A stretch of 52,044 bases of DNA, taken from contig NC_068986.1 in the NCBI RefSeq assembly GCF_001194135.2, positions 83,472,602-83,524,645 of the forward strand, given 5' to 3'. This stretch comes from Octopus bimaculoides (lineage: Eukaryota). A program made the position numbers and the translations under genes. The notes below the pieces were generated by a model, which worked only from the letters and a program-made list of their open reading frames with translations, made no database searches and was not told the origin of the DNA. Shown here one piece after another: positions 1 to 12,159 of this stretch. Each line of letters starts with the position of its first letter. The stretch's first letter is position 1.

Positions 1-33
<33 letters not shown>
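1..33. repeat. (TA)n microsatellite
   Basis: Perfect TA run at window start. Confidence 0.95.
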
Positions 34-35
<2 letters not shown>

Positions 36-607
36 TATAATTTCATGCTGCTCGCTGATAATTATTTGTGATATCATTCTGTTATGCTGCACATTATGTG
101 AAAATTAACTATGGAATGCAATCAAAAACATAATCTGTTATATATACAATATTTTCTTCTTATTTATAAGGAAACAGACTGATGAACTATGCAAGAAATC
201 AAAGACACAACCAGTTACAGACATAATTATCATAAGTAATAATTATTTATAAGACAGCTGACTGATAAACTATGGACCAAAATTGAAGACATAATATATA
301 GACACAACATTTATATTATTCATATTAGTTGGAAGACATTTCACAGGGTTACACAGCATCTTGGGCAAGTGCCTTCTACTATAGCCTCAGGTTAATCACT
401 GCTTTGCAAATGCAATTTGGTTGACTGAAACTATACCAAAGTTTGTCATGTACATACCTACACACATGCATGCAAGCACAGATGTACACATACACATGTA
501 CGCCCGCACACACACAAATATATATAAACACACACATATACACATATATGTATGAGAAAACAATTTTTCTTTGGAGCTAGTTCGAAGATATCTGTTCATC
601 CAAAATC

Positions 608-659
<52 letters not shown>

Positions 660-872
660 CCTTTCTATTATAGGCACAAGGCCTGGAATATGTTGGGTGG
701 GGGATAGTTGATTACATCGACTCCAGTACTGGACTGGTACTTAATTTATCGACCCCCGAAAGGATAAAAGGCAAAGTCAACCTTGGCGGAATTTGAATTC
801 AGAACATAGTGGCAGACAAAATGCCGCTAAGCATTTCACCTGGTGTGCTAATGATTCTCCCAGCTCACCACC

Positions 873-924
<52 letters not shown>

Positions 925-948
925 TGATGATGATGATGATGATGATGA
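608..948. repeat. (AAT)n and (AAT)n(GAT)n microsatellites flanking a SINE
   Basis: AAT runs at ~608-658 and ~874-922, followed by a GAT run. Confidence 0.9.
659..874 (-). mobile_element. tRNA-derived SINE, family A
   Basis: Reverse complement carries a tRNA-like head with B-box (GAATTCAAATTCC-like) and the central motif GACTTTGCCTTTTATCCTTTCGGGGGTCGATAAATTAAGTACCAG; homologous to the young copy at 10636-10864. Confidence 0.85.
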
Positions 949-1330
949 CAATGGACTCTCCCATAAAAGATGATTCTTCTTTTTCGCCGAATGACCTGCA
1001 CAAATGATTTGTTTATAGCAATCAAACATATGTTCTGTACATTAGTTCACTCTCTCCATCAAATAGACATTATCTGAAGAGGTACATGGTATACCACATG
1101 TCAGGTGCTGAAGTGATTACAGAGCAATGTTAGATGAAGTGGTTTGCTCAAGAACACAGCGCACCACCCATTCTAATTATTGAAACCATGATCTCGCAAT
1201 AGTGAGTGCAACAACCTAACCACATGCATCCTCACTATAATAAAAATTGTAATAATAATAACAATAATAATTTAACATCCATTTCCCATGCTAGTATGGG
1301 TTGGACTGATAATAATAATAATAATAATAA

Positions 1331-1497
1331 GTCTTTCTATTGTTGACACAGAGCCTGAAATTTTGCGGGTGGGAGCTATTCAGTTACATCATTCCCAGTG
1401 CTTGACTGGTATTTGTTTTATCGACCCTGAAAAGATGAAAGCAGTTGACCTCAGTGGCATTTCAACTCAGAATGTAAAGCAGGAAGAAATATTGCTA
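1331..1497 (-). mobile_element. SINE family A, degenerate partial copy
   Basis: Same central motif (atcgaccctgaaaagatgaaagcagttgacctc); flanked by AAT runs. Confidence 0.75.
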
Positions 1498-1564
1498 ACT
1501 ATAATTACTGATATTAACAACAACAACAATGATGACGACAACAACGATGATGATGATGATGATG

Positions 1565-1655
<91 letters not shown>

Positions 1656-1656
<1 letters not shown>

Positions 1657-1848
1657 CCTTTCTACTCTAGGCAAAGGCCTTTAATTTGTGGGGAGGGAGC
1701 TAGCCAATTACACTGACGCCATTACTCAACTGGTATTTATTTCATTGACCCTGAAAGGATGAAAGGCAAAGTTGACCTTGGTGGAATTTGAAATCAGAAA
1801 CTAAAGACAAACAAAATGTTGCTAAACATTTTGTCTGACATGCTAATC
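1656..1848 (-). mobile_element. SINE family A, degenerate copy
   Basis: cctttctactctaggc...gaccctgaaaggatgaaaggcaaagttgaccttggtggaatttgaa; preceded by a long (AAT)n. Confidence 0.8.
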
Positions 1849-2134
1849 AGCACATCACACAGGAACTGTAACCAAAAGCTAATTTAGATTATTGACACAA
1901 TTTAGAGAGAAAACTACTGAACAATTAATTTAAATGAAATTACAGTTGCATTACCATATGAAGAATATTATATCCCATATAACCTACAAAAGAACTATAG
2001 CTAAAAGCTCATCTTAGAACACTAATATTTATTTGCTAAATATGTCTTGTAAAGCTGTAGCCAGTGTATATGTAGCTGAAATTGTCTCAGACAAACATAA
2101 CATTTATATAGTACATAAATAGGTACATAAATAG

Positions 2135-2425
2135 GCATGACCAAGAAGTTCAACTAGAGATTACTACAATCACACTTTAACTTCAAGGTACATGAAAAAG
2201 AGAAATGCAGCTAAATTATTGGACTACAACTGGTAATTAAAAGAAACATTTCCAATTATATTAATTAGAAGGTTATAGAAAGATCAAGGCCTCACAAGAA
2301 CAGAAGTAAAAAAATGGGATCTTTCCCTGTAAGGAAAAACCTCATCCTTAGACACCATTAAAAAAAAAACTGAGCCTTTTGGAAAATGTAGACACATTGA
2401 GAAACACCTGTCAAGCAACTGGACC
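2135..2425 (+). pseudogene. Penelope-like element, decayed GIY-YIG endonuclease C-terminal region
   Basis: Manual translation across frameshifts: RDYYNHT..KKRNAAKLLDYNW*LKE..NYIN*KVIERSRPHKNRSKK(C)DLSL*EK..TEPFGKCRHIEKHL. Matches the recalled PLE pattern RYxNHxxSF..T.LS.YIW.LK..W.I...A.PY....K.C.LCL.EK..C.H. Confidence 0.6.
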
Positions 2426-3585
2426 ATACCATCACTGTGAGACAAGCAATATCTTTCAATAATCCCCTATATGCCTACTATGTAGAACAGTCTTTTTCCA
2501 CAACATTTAAAATTATTTTAGCTCTATGCAATTACAGCCTTATTATGTGTGTCTGTGTATATATGTCTGTGCATACACACTAACCCTTAAACACATGTCA
2601 TGTCATTCTAACCCAAAAGCTCCCACAATTCTTTATTTTTTTTTTTCATCGTTTCATCCTTCCATTCTCTCCTTTAGCTTGCCTTGAAGTATATTTTTCT
2701 TTTTCTTTAGGATTATCTTATTTATTTATCATTTAACCATATCATCACAGTTTTAATGTGCCAATAAAAACAAATAACTAATTTTTACACCTCAAGTTAT
2801 GTCCTGATGATTTTCCATAATGCTAGAATGGAAATGGATATTTGAAGATGTTTTTACCAAACAACTTCTTTGCAAATTTTGTGGTTAGAACACACACACA
2901 CATGCACACATGCACGCACACATGCACACACACACACACACACACACACAAACGCACACGCACAAACACACAGAACTCACGCATGCCTATTGATAGATAA
3001 ATAAATAGATAGATATTTATAGATATATGTGAATGACCTAAACTACTATAAACAAAATCTGATGATTGAAGAATCTACAACAAACAATATACAGTTTTGA
3101 CAGAGAATGAAACAAGATAAACATGCTAATGTTTACATAGAGAAAAAAATGGCAAGTAATATAAACACAGCATATTAATACAGATACTGAACTCAAGGAA
3201 TCAGAAAAAATATCCATAGAAATAGATTAAAACAAATTATTAATAACATACATAAAAAAAAAATTCATAGTGAAATTTTTTAATAGAAAAATCATATCAA
3301 CATAACTATCTGCAGTTAATGTCAGAAACAGAATAATGTTAATTTTAAGACATTCCTTATCATCAATATATTTGTTATTCTAATTATAAGCTACAGCTTG
3401 AAAATAATAAGCTAAAAAAAGGCCTTAAGTTAACTGACATTATATAGTAAAATCAGAACATTGCAATCACTATTTGAAATCCACCATTTTGAAAAACATA
3501 AATTGATATAATATACCAAAGATGATGTGGATCATCAGTCAATTTTAATGAAGGAGTATTCAATTGTTTAATCAATTGAACTATC

Positions 3586-4514
3586 TATTGGATTGGCAAC
3601 TAAGTTCCCGCCGTTTTTTAAAATCTAAATTTTGAATGGTTTAATAAAAAATAACAACTAATTAATCAATAATGTATTCACCCTTGTTGTTTACAACTTC
3701 TTCCTAATGTTCAACAAGATTTTCAATACCTCGTTGGTAGAAATCACCTGATTTCGACTCGAAAAATTGATCCAACCAAGCTGTCAATTCTGCATCAGTA
3801 TTGAACGAAACTCCGCACATAGCATTTGAAAGAGATTGAAAGAGGTGGAAATCCATTGGTGCCAATCAGGAGAGTACGGCAGGTGTGGCAACACTTCCCA
3901 GCCATGCCTTTGAATGGTTTCTTTGGTCATATTGGCGATATGAGGGCAGAGATTGTGGCTTGTTGATTTTTGTTGTTGCCACTTAAAGCATACAGAACCC
4001 ATGCTCCATACTTCTGAACCTTTCCCATCAAGTTAAGATGCTTCTCTATAGCAGTGTGGGAACATTCCATTTTCTCTGCCAGTTCCTTTGTCGCTTGACG
4101 AGAATTTTCGTGCAAAAGTTGGCTTAATCGCTCTTCATTGAACTCAATTGGACAGCCAGAATGAGGTGCATCTTTGAGGTCAAAATTTCCATTTTGAACT
4201 TGGCATACCAATCACGAGTGGTTCTTTCAACTATGGCACCCTCTCCACACACAGCAGAAATGTCGCGAGCAGCTTTTGCGGCTTTAGAACCTTGATTAAA
4301 AGCAAAAAGAAGGAGGTGTCAAAAATGCTCATTTTTCTTAACTTGACATTCCATTTTAATGATCTGCAAATAAACAAAAATTAACTAAAATGAACTAGGA
4401 AAAAAACAAAAAAGATTCCAAAATGATTCTTGAAAAAAATAGATTCCAAAATTTAAAAACACAATAAATTCCCAAATTAAAAAAAACGGCGGGAACTTAG
4501 TTGCCAAGCCAATA
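3586..4514 (-). mobile_element. mariner (DD34D-type) transposon, internally deleted, both TIRs present
   Basis: TIRs TA-TTGGATTGGCAACTAAGTTCCCGCCGTTTTTT and AAAAAAACGGCGGGAACTTAGTTGCCAAGCCAA-TA with TA target duplication. Frameshifted transposase: HTH region (DLKDAPHSGCPIEF..GAWVLYAL) fused to WEVLPHLPYSPD; catalytic D1/D2 region missing. Confidence 0.95.
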
Positions 4515-4822
4515 GTTGTTAAGTTAACATATTTAATTTGTTAAAAACACATTAACATGTAAGTGGGCAAGTATTCCACAAATGTTTATACACTTAATGG
4601 CTGAATTAACATGATACAGTATGTGACAAGATTAAAGCTTTGAATTACAGCTATACTTCATTTGACAGGCTTCCACACAGTTTCCTTCTGATGATTTTTA
4701 TTTGATCTAAGGTTAAATAAAAGACAGATGTCATGCAGCGGAATTGAACCTGGTAGCTAAGTTTCGCAAAATGATTTGGTTAATCAATAGGTTATGCTTA
4801 CATCCATTATACTTACTACACA

Positions 4823-5035
4823 AAGGTGGTAAGCTGGTAGAATCATTAGTGAGTTGGGCAAAATGCTTAGTAACACTCTTGGCTCTTTACATTCTGAGAT
4901 CAAATTCCGCTAAGGTTGACTTTGCCTTTCATCCTTCTGGAAAGTCAACAGAATAAATATCAGTTGAACATTGAAGTTAATGTATTCAAGTTACCCATCA
5001 ATTAAAATTGTGGCCTTGTGCCAAAATTTGCAACC
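4823..5035 (+). mobile_element. SINE family A, old copy
   Basis: aaggtggtaagctggtagaatcattag...ttctgagatcaaattccgctaaggttgactttgcctttcatcc. Confidence 0.75.
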
Positions 5036-5366
5036 ATTATACCTACAATATTCACACACACACACACATACATACAAACACAGATTTTTATGCACATACA
5101 GACAGTGGGAAGGAAAAGATTTCTATATTAGGAAACAAATACAACAGAACCACAGTAGATCTGTAAAAATAGAATATAAAAGTAGTGTCAAATCAGCAGA
5201 ATAAAAGGTAATATGATAGAAGGAAAAGCAAACTTTATACTTAATGAAATATTTATATATAAATAGAACTTCTAAATTATAAATATAACATGATTCATAG
5301 TTATATGTAAAACATAATCTATACAACTGTATACAATGTTTTATATGCAACATAATTTATACTATA

Positions 5367-5477
5367 GGCACAGGAAAGACTGTTATCATGGCACCTTGGC
5401 AAGTGTCTTCTACTATAGCCTTGGGACACAAAAGCCTTGTGAGTGGATTTGGTAGATGGAAACTGAAAGAAGCCCAT

Positions 5478-5522
<45 letters not shown>

Positions 5523-5533
5523 ATACACACACA

Positions 5534-5580
<47 letters not shown>

Positions 5581-5825
5581 GTACGTATGTATGTATGTAC
5601 ATATTTATGTGTCTGTGTTTGTCTCCCCACCGTCGCTTGACAACCGATGTTGGTGTATTTATGTCCCTGTAACTTAGCGGTTTGGCAAAAAAAGACCAAT
5701 TGAATAAGTAGTAGGCTTACAAAGAATAAGTACTGGGGTTGATTTGTCTGGCTAAAGGCGGTGCTCCACCATGGACATAGTCACATGATTGAAACAAGTA
5801 AAAGAAGAAAAAAGAAGAAAAGAAT
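5367..5825 (+). mobile_element. tRNA-derived SINE, family B (CORE-like CCTTGGGCAAGTG motif, internal TA/TACA microsatellite)
   Basis: ggcacagg..ggcaccttggcaagtgtcttctactatagcc..gaaactgaaagaagccc-[microsatellite]-gtccctgtaacttagcggtttggc..gactgaaacaagtaaaaga-type tail; many homologues in the window. Confidence 0.85.
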
Positions 5826-5922
5826 ATACATACTTTTACACACACACACACAAACACATGTGTATACATATATAAATGTATGCATACATACATATACTTG
5901 TATGCATACATACATACATGTA

Positions 5923-6742
5923 TACAAGGTGCTTAGGCTAGATTTGACAATTTTTTTGTTTCTTTTTTCAGGAACAGCTTGATGTAGTTGTTGAACATTC
6001 AACAGTATTGGAGTACATTAAGAGTAAAGATGTAGTTGAGAAAAAGTTAGCTGACATGAATGAGTGGAAGCCATCTGAATATTGGAAAAGAATTACCTGT
6101 GTCATGATGACTCATGCTAGTTATTAAAATGCTAACGTCATGACTGCTGCTCAATACTCTGGGAACACTCTAAAGGCTGTAAGGCATGACATGGACAGCT
6201 GCAACAGGGATACAAAGATGTAGCCAGCAGGAAAGGACACAGCAGGCATTCTAACTACATCTGCATGCTGGGATTCATCTCCAAATTTTTGAACAGGGTC
6301 TTAGGTTTGATTCAAATGGCTATATGAAGTTGCTGGAGACTGTGGTCAAACCCTGGCTGGAAAGAGCTGCTGTTTGAAGGCTAAATGTACAGCAGCATGA
6401 TTTGGTTGCTTGCCATACCTCCAGAAAAATAGTTGTCAGAGAATTTCTATGACTTCACCAGCCCCAATTTCTAGCTTCCAAATTCCTCTAATTATGATCC
6501 AATAGATTACTATGCGTGGGGGCATAGTTGAGAAAACATGAACTGCTCTGTCTGCATCACTAAAGCTATGCTGGTGGTCAAGATCAAAAGGTGGTGTTTG
6601 ATCTTCCCAGGTCCCAAAGCTGTCTTGTGGCTGTGGTGGAAGCTGAGGGTGGCTACTTTGAATAAATAGTTATCTTCCAGCCATAAACTAGTTGACTGTT
6701 TAAAATCTTTTATTTTGGGATGGGATATTGTCTGCACCCATG
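5923..6742 (+). mobile_element. Tc1/mariner maT (DD37D)-like element, internally deleted
   Basis: Starts TACAAGGTGC, ends ..TGCACCC. Decayed translation GYMKLLETVVKPWLERAA..LSENFYDFTSPNF*LPNSSNYDPIDYYAWG, homologous to 7975-8503. Confidence 0.7.
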
Positions 6743-7589
6743 CACACATTATACATACCTAATTGCATGCATGCATACATACATACATACATGCCTAATT
6801 GTACATACCGAATTGCATAATAGCACATATCTAATTGTACATACCTAATTATACATACCTAATTGCATGCATGCATACATACACACATATATACATACAT
6901 ACATACATGCATACAGAGTACCAATAGAAGGGCTTTTTCGAAGTACCGAAGTAGCTCTAGTTTTAAATATAAAGACCAACTGAAGTGAGAAAAAAATCTT
7001 ATGTTGTCTTAAATAACATACAGGTGTCATGGTACACAGCTTGTGTTGATGTTGTTATCATTATCAGCCATGATATTAAAAATGAGATTCCATGTGGTGC
7101 AAAATATATTTTGCAATCCAGTTTGATACCAACAAGATGGTAAGTAAAATGTGTTTTACTTATTTATAACAGAAAATGCAAAACAAAACAAAATATTTAC
7201 TGATTTAAGTTGGAGGAGTCAGCATAATTATAGAAGAAAACATTAAAAAAGGCATTTTTAAATGGTCTTCTATACCTGCACATCTGGTGTTGATGAGACC
7301 ATGTTGTAGTATGTATGCTCCTAAGAAGTCCTGCATGTGAAACATCCAGCATACCAAACAAGACTTTGCATGGGTATGTTTCCCCGAAGTATGTGCGTTT
7401 TTTTGGTAGAATAACCCTCCCAGAATACAGTAATATCATCATCATCACTATCATAGTGGCCAGCCTGAAGCTATAAGGAAAAAGACACTTGTCCAAGGTG
7501 CCATGTAGTAAGAGGGAACCTGAAAGTACATAATTAGAAAGTGAACTTTGTTATCACAAAGCCACACTTGAGGTTATATATGTGTATGC

Positions 7590-7642
<53 letters not shown>

Positions 7643-7747
7643 CATTTGGGCATGCGTGTGCATGTCTGTGTATGTGTGTGTGAGTGTGTATTTGTGTGAA
7701 AGTGAGTGAAAGTGAGTGAAAGTATATATATATATATATATATACAC

Positions 7748-8990
7748 ATAGGGTGCACCAGCCATTTGAGAATAAAATTTTAATTTAACGAAGCCAAAAA
7801 CATTTATTAGAAGAACCAATACATTTTTATATAATATGGTACACATAAGAAAAGACTATTCTATAAATTCACCATCATCCTCAATTATTGCCTTGAAATG
7901 GCTTCTGAAATGACTAAATGCGTTAATCAGGTGATCTTTATACATATTGGCCATAATGTACCCAATAGCAGACCTCAATGAATCTTTGGTATTGTGGGCA
8001 TGCTTGTTGGTTTCCCTTCCAATCGTACCCAGACATAGTTGTCAAGGGTTTTTATATCAGAAGAGTTAAGAAGCCAAATGTTAGGAGTAACATCTTGATG
8101 AAAATTTTTGACCATCCATTCCTGGACTGTATAGGCTGTGTGAGAGGGAGCAGAGTCTTGGAGGAACACATACAACCTCACCTGAGCAACTCTCTCAATC
8201 CAGATCTTGACAATCACAGGTATTGCTTTGATGTAGGCTGCTTCATTGACTCTAATACTATGCAGGAAAAAGTGAGGTGGCATGACATGGCCCTCAATGC
8301 TCATGCCCCCCCCCCCCCAAGACCATTACAGATGATGGGAACTTGATGTGAATAACAGTGGGGACTTCAGAAGGGCTGGTGCAGAGCCATCTGTCATTCC
8401 TCTTGTTCGCTTTTTGATCTTGGACAAAGTTCTTCTCATCTGAGAAGAACCAGAGTATGGTGGGCTCCTTGGAGTACTTGTGTTTGTTCAGCAAACTTTT
8501 CAATCAGATCATATGGTTCTTCTAAGGTCTTATTAGACATGAACTACCTTCTTATCAGAACAGAATATTTTGTACCTGATGTCTTTGTGCATCATACATC
8601 TAACTGTTGACTCCAACACATGGAGATGATTGGGAATGACTCTCACCGACTTGCCAAGATTCTTGCTGATGATACCCTGGACTTGCTACACAAACTTGAC
8701 TTTTCTGATATTGTCTGACCATCGAGAATGTTTTTTTTCTTTTGTTCACAGAAGACACATTCCTGCCTGAAGCTAAGAAGTCTTTTCTCATCTTAAACAC
8801 AAAGAACCTGGTAACATTTAAGAAGGTTGCAATCTCAAAATCACTGTGGTTGGCAGCTTAGGTGATGAGAATAGCATGTCTTTTCATCATTTGCATTTGA
8901 TTCAAAACTTCTATGTTGGAGTTGAAAAAAGAGAGGATATGTAGTTAAAGATGAGCCTGAGATGCCATACAAATGTTGATAAAAAAATGT
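7748..8990 (-). mobile_element. Tc1/mariner maT (DD37D) transposon, frameshifted transposase
   Basis: ORFs 8600-8800, 8294-8503 (WFFSDEKNF..NDRWL..KFPSSVMVLG) and 7975-8304 (QDSAPSH..NSSDIKTLDNYVW). 37 residues between the second and third catalytic Asp. TIR GGGTGCACCAGCCATTTGAGAATAAAATTTTAAT at ~7751. Confidence 0.88.
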
Positions 8991-9113
8991 TTAGGAACTT
9001 TACTGTTCCAAATGAACTAAAAGGGTCTAAGAGACAGATACAAAATAAAAAGAAAGAAAAAACAAAACAAATCCTTAATGGAAAAGATCAAATTAGAACA
9101 TAGTTATTTCTTC

Positions 9114-9167
<54 letters not shown>

Positions 9168-9439
9168 CGCGCGCGCGCGCGCACATGCACAGGCACTTAT
9201 GCACTTCATGTTACATCATAGAATATTAAGTTATTTAGTGAAAATAAGACGTGCTGATTGTGCGAGCATGCTTGTTTATTTTCCTTATAGTCTAATTAGT
9301 AAACTTAGGAACATTAATGAACTCCCAGGAGTCATAATATACCAATGAGGAAATTGGAGACTGTTGATATGAAATTATTGTAACACCATGTGGTAATCCC
9401 GATGCTGATTATAGTGGTGATTGTGATGATGAAACTTAA

Positions 9440-9793
9440 GATGATGGAGATGTTAGTGAATGTTGTTGTTATTGGTGATGATGATGATGATCATCATGAC
9501 AACAACGGCAACGATGATGATGACAGTGGTGATGACAACAACGATGATGACAGTGATGATGATGATGATGATAATGATGATGGTGGTGGTGGTGATGATG
9601 AGTAGAGAATGAGGAAGAGGAGGAGTAGGATGATGCTGAAGAGGTGTAGAAAGATGAGAAGTAGGAGGATGAGTAGTAAGGGGATGAGAAATGTAGGATG
9701 AGGAGGAGTAAGATGAGGCGGAGGGATGGTTATGAGGCTAATTATAATGGCAGTCAAGCGGTAATAGTGAGGAAAATTATGATGCTGATTGTG

Positions 9794-9825
<32 letters not shown>

Positions 9826-9928
9826 GATGATGATGACAATGACAACAAGAACGACAGTGGTGGTAGTGATGGCAGTAGTGGCAGAAGTGGTGGTGATGGT
9901 GGCTGAATTAGTGGTTGTGTTGAAGGTC

Positions 9929-9981
<53 letters not shown>

Positions 9982-10003
9982 TATGATGATGATGATTTGT
10001 TAG
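9440..10003. repeat. Degenerate trinucleotide tract (GAT/GGT/GAG)n
   Basis: Mixed GAT, GGT and GAG runs; source of the poly-M/poly-D ORFs. Confidence 0.9.
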
Positions 10004-10094
10004 TATAGCTGATATGGTTACTGGTTACAATCTGACTGAAAATATGCAGAATAAATATCACAGGCTATTTTCTTTCCTCTCAAGCATCGTTGGT

Positions 10095-10104
10095 ATGTGT
10101 GTGT

Positions 10105-10178
<74 letters not shown>
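10095..10178. repeat. (TG)n microsatellite
   Basis: Near-perfect TG run. Confidence 0.95.
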
Positions 10179-10182
<4 letters not shown>

Positions 10183-10569
10183 GTGTACGCCAACATTTGT
10201 GAGTGTATTTATTTCTCTTCCCTTGTTACATTTGTATGCATATATGTTTGTGCATGTATGAGTATGTATGCAGGTACACACTCATACATACACACACATG
10301 TAGTATTTCCTGTGTGTACTGTTAGATGTATGACTCCTACTGGTGATTCGAGAGCTCCATGTAGAGTATCGTCACCCAGTCTGCTTCCAGGAATGTGGTG
10401 TGTATTTGATCTGCGTAAACATAATGCAATAGAGTGTTCTCTTGAAGAACTGTTGCATTTCAGTATCCAAATGCATGTTGACCACCCACTGCCAAGGACG
10501 CACACATTCACGATGGTAAAAATGTATTTAGGGAACAAATGATATAAGCTGCAATATTCTGTGAAAACA

Positions 10570-10980
10570 TGTCTCGCCATGAGAAAATATTACCTTGCTT
10601 GAAAACAGGTGAGGGTCGGCAAGAAGAAGGATATCGAGGAAAGCTGGCAGAAACGTTACCCCGCTGGGCGAAATGCTTAGCGGTATTTCGTCTGCCGTTA
10701 CGTTCTGAGTTCAAATTCCGCTGAGGTCGAATTTGCCTTTCATCCTTTCGGGGTCGATAAATTAAGTACCAGTTACGCACTGGGGTCGATGTAATCGACT
10801 TAGTCCCTTTGTCTGTCCTTGTTTGTCCCCTCTATGTTTAGCCCCTTGTGGGCAGTAAAGAAATAAGAAGGATATCCAACTGTAGAATAGATTCTGTTTC
10901 AAAAAACTCCATCTGATTCATACAAACATGAAAAAGTAGATATTAAAATGCTGCTGCTGATGAAGAGGATGATGATGATG
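10570..10980 (+). mobile_element. Older SINE/LINE-tail repeat (atattaccttgcttgaaaacaggtgaggg..gaagggcatccagctgtag-type) interrupted by a family A SINE
   Basis: The motif is split by the insertion; it resembles the RTE 3' end at 17868-18001 and ends in a (GAT)n-like tail. Confidence 0.6.
10636..10864 (+). mobile_element. SINE family A, young copy with 12-bp TSD
   Basis: AAGAAGGATATC at 10624-10635 and 10865-10876; CpGs retained; B-box GAGTTCAAATTCC. Confidence 0.92.
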
Positions 10981-11099
10981 ATATACATATTGTTTCCCAC
11001 ACTGTTGTTGTTTATGTCTAGGTCAATCCTGATCTGGCAGACCTATGATTGAAGGTTTTGCAGCCATGTCTTGCCTGTCTTTTTTTTTTTACATAGCTC

Positions 11100-11422
11100 T
11101 GGCACCACCGTTGGCTACAATAACAAGGGTTTCAGTTGATCCAATCAATGGAACAGCCTGCTTATAAAATTAATGTTCAAGTGGCTGAGCACTCTGCAGA
11201 CATGCATACCCTTAACATAGTTCTCAGGGGGACTCAGTATGATAGAGTGTGACAACACTGGCCCTTTTGAATTACAGGTACAACTCATTTTTGTCAGCTG
11301 AGTAGACTGGAGCAATGTGAGATAAAGTGTCTTGCTCAAGGATGCAATGCACCTCCAGGAATTCAACTCACGGCCTTACAATTACGAGCTAATTACCCTA
11401 ACCACAAAGCCATGCACCTTCA
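11100..11422 (-). mobile_element. tRNA-derived SINE with V/CORE-like middle (CCTTGAGCAAGACACTTTATCTCACATTGCTCCAG) and family C 3' tail
   Basis: 3' ~180 bp align to the tails of 23042-23414 and 49248-49627; middle aligns to 28701-28955 and 30798-31060. Confidence 0.8.
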
Positions 11423-12159
11423 AGACATGAGCTGTTGAAAACTATGCATTCTAATATTTTCTACTGTCACATTTTAAAGACAACAGAGTATACTTTAAAG
11501 TTTATTTGGTTTGACCATGTAGAACCCCACCCCCACTCCCACACATACCCTTGGGTTTTTGAGTTTACGCCTGCATATCAATCCAGTTTTTAGCTGCTTA
11601 TAAGCTGATATTAAATTACGAGTATGAATATAATTTATACACACATATAACCAAATGTAATTTTGTTAATTAACCAGGAACTAAATACTGAGAGAACATG
11701 TTGTAGAGTTTATGATTTCTTTGAATTCATATTTGAGTTCCTTTCTTGCAGCTTTAGGTTTACTAAATGGGGATCACCAGGTGCAGTGATAGTTATGTCA
11801 AGAAACTTGAGTTGCAAGAAAAGAATTCACTTTCAACAAGCACAGGCATGTGTGCATACACACATACATGTACACAACACACACACACACACACAATGAT
11901 TATATTACATACAGAATGTTTGCTAGCTCTAATCTAGTGGAGAATAAAAGAGAATAGACTCCCATGTGACCAAAGCTGAGTATTTATCACATTTCTGTCG
12001 ATCACTTTACCAATTACACCAAAGCAATCGTATCCTTCCTTTTTCAAAATTAGCAGCATATAAATGTTTTATAGTATAATTTAAGAGTACACTTCAACAC
12101 ATATCACATGAGGATTACTGATAATTATAATTACAACTATAACAATATATATATATATA

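Noticed and set aside
161-310. 83-bp tandem duplication containing CTGATGA..GAAAT
   Set aside because: The duplication is real but highly diverged; no stem II or stem I pairing supports a hammerhead.
1288-1716. 142-aa ORF with poly-I, poly-N and poly-D, and similar ORFs at 9390-10003, 38805-39318 and 46941-47458
   Set aside because: Translations of microsatellites and SINE sequence; no coding evidence.
9291-9350. Strong acceptor (TTTTCCTTATAG) followed by LISKLRNINELPGVIIYQ*
   Set aside because: Too short and unsupported; such acceptor-like sites are frequent in AT-rich DNA.
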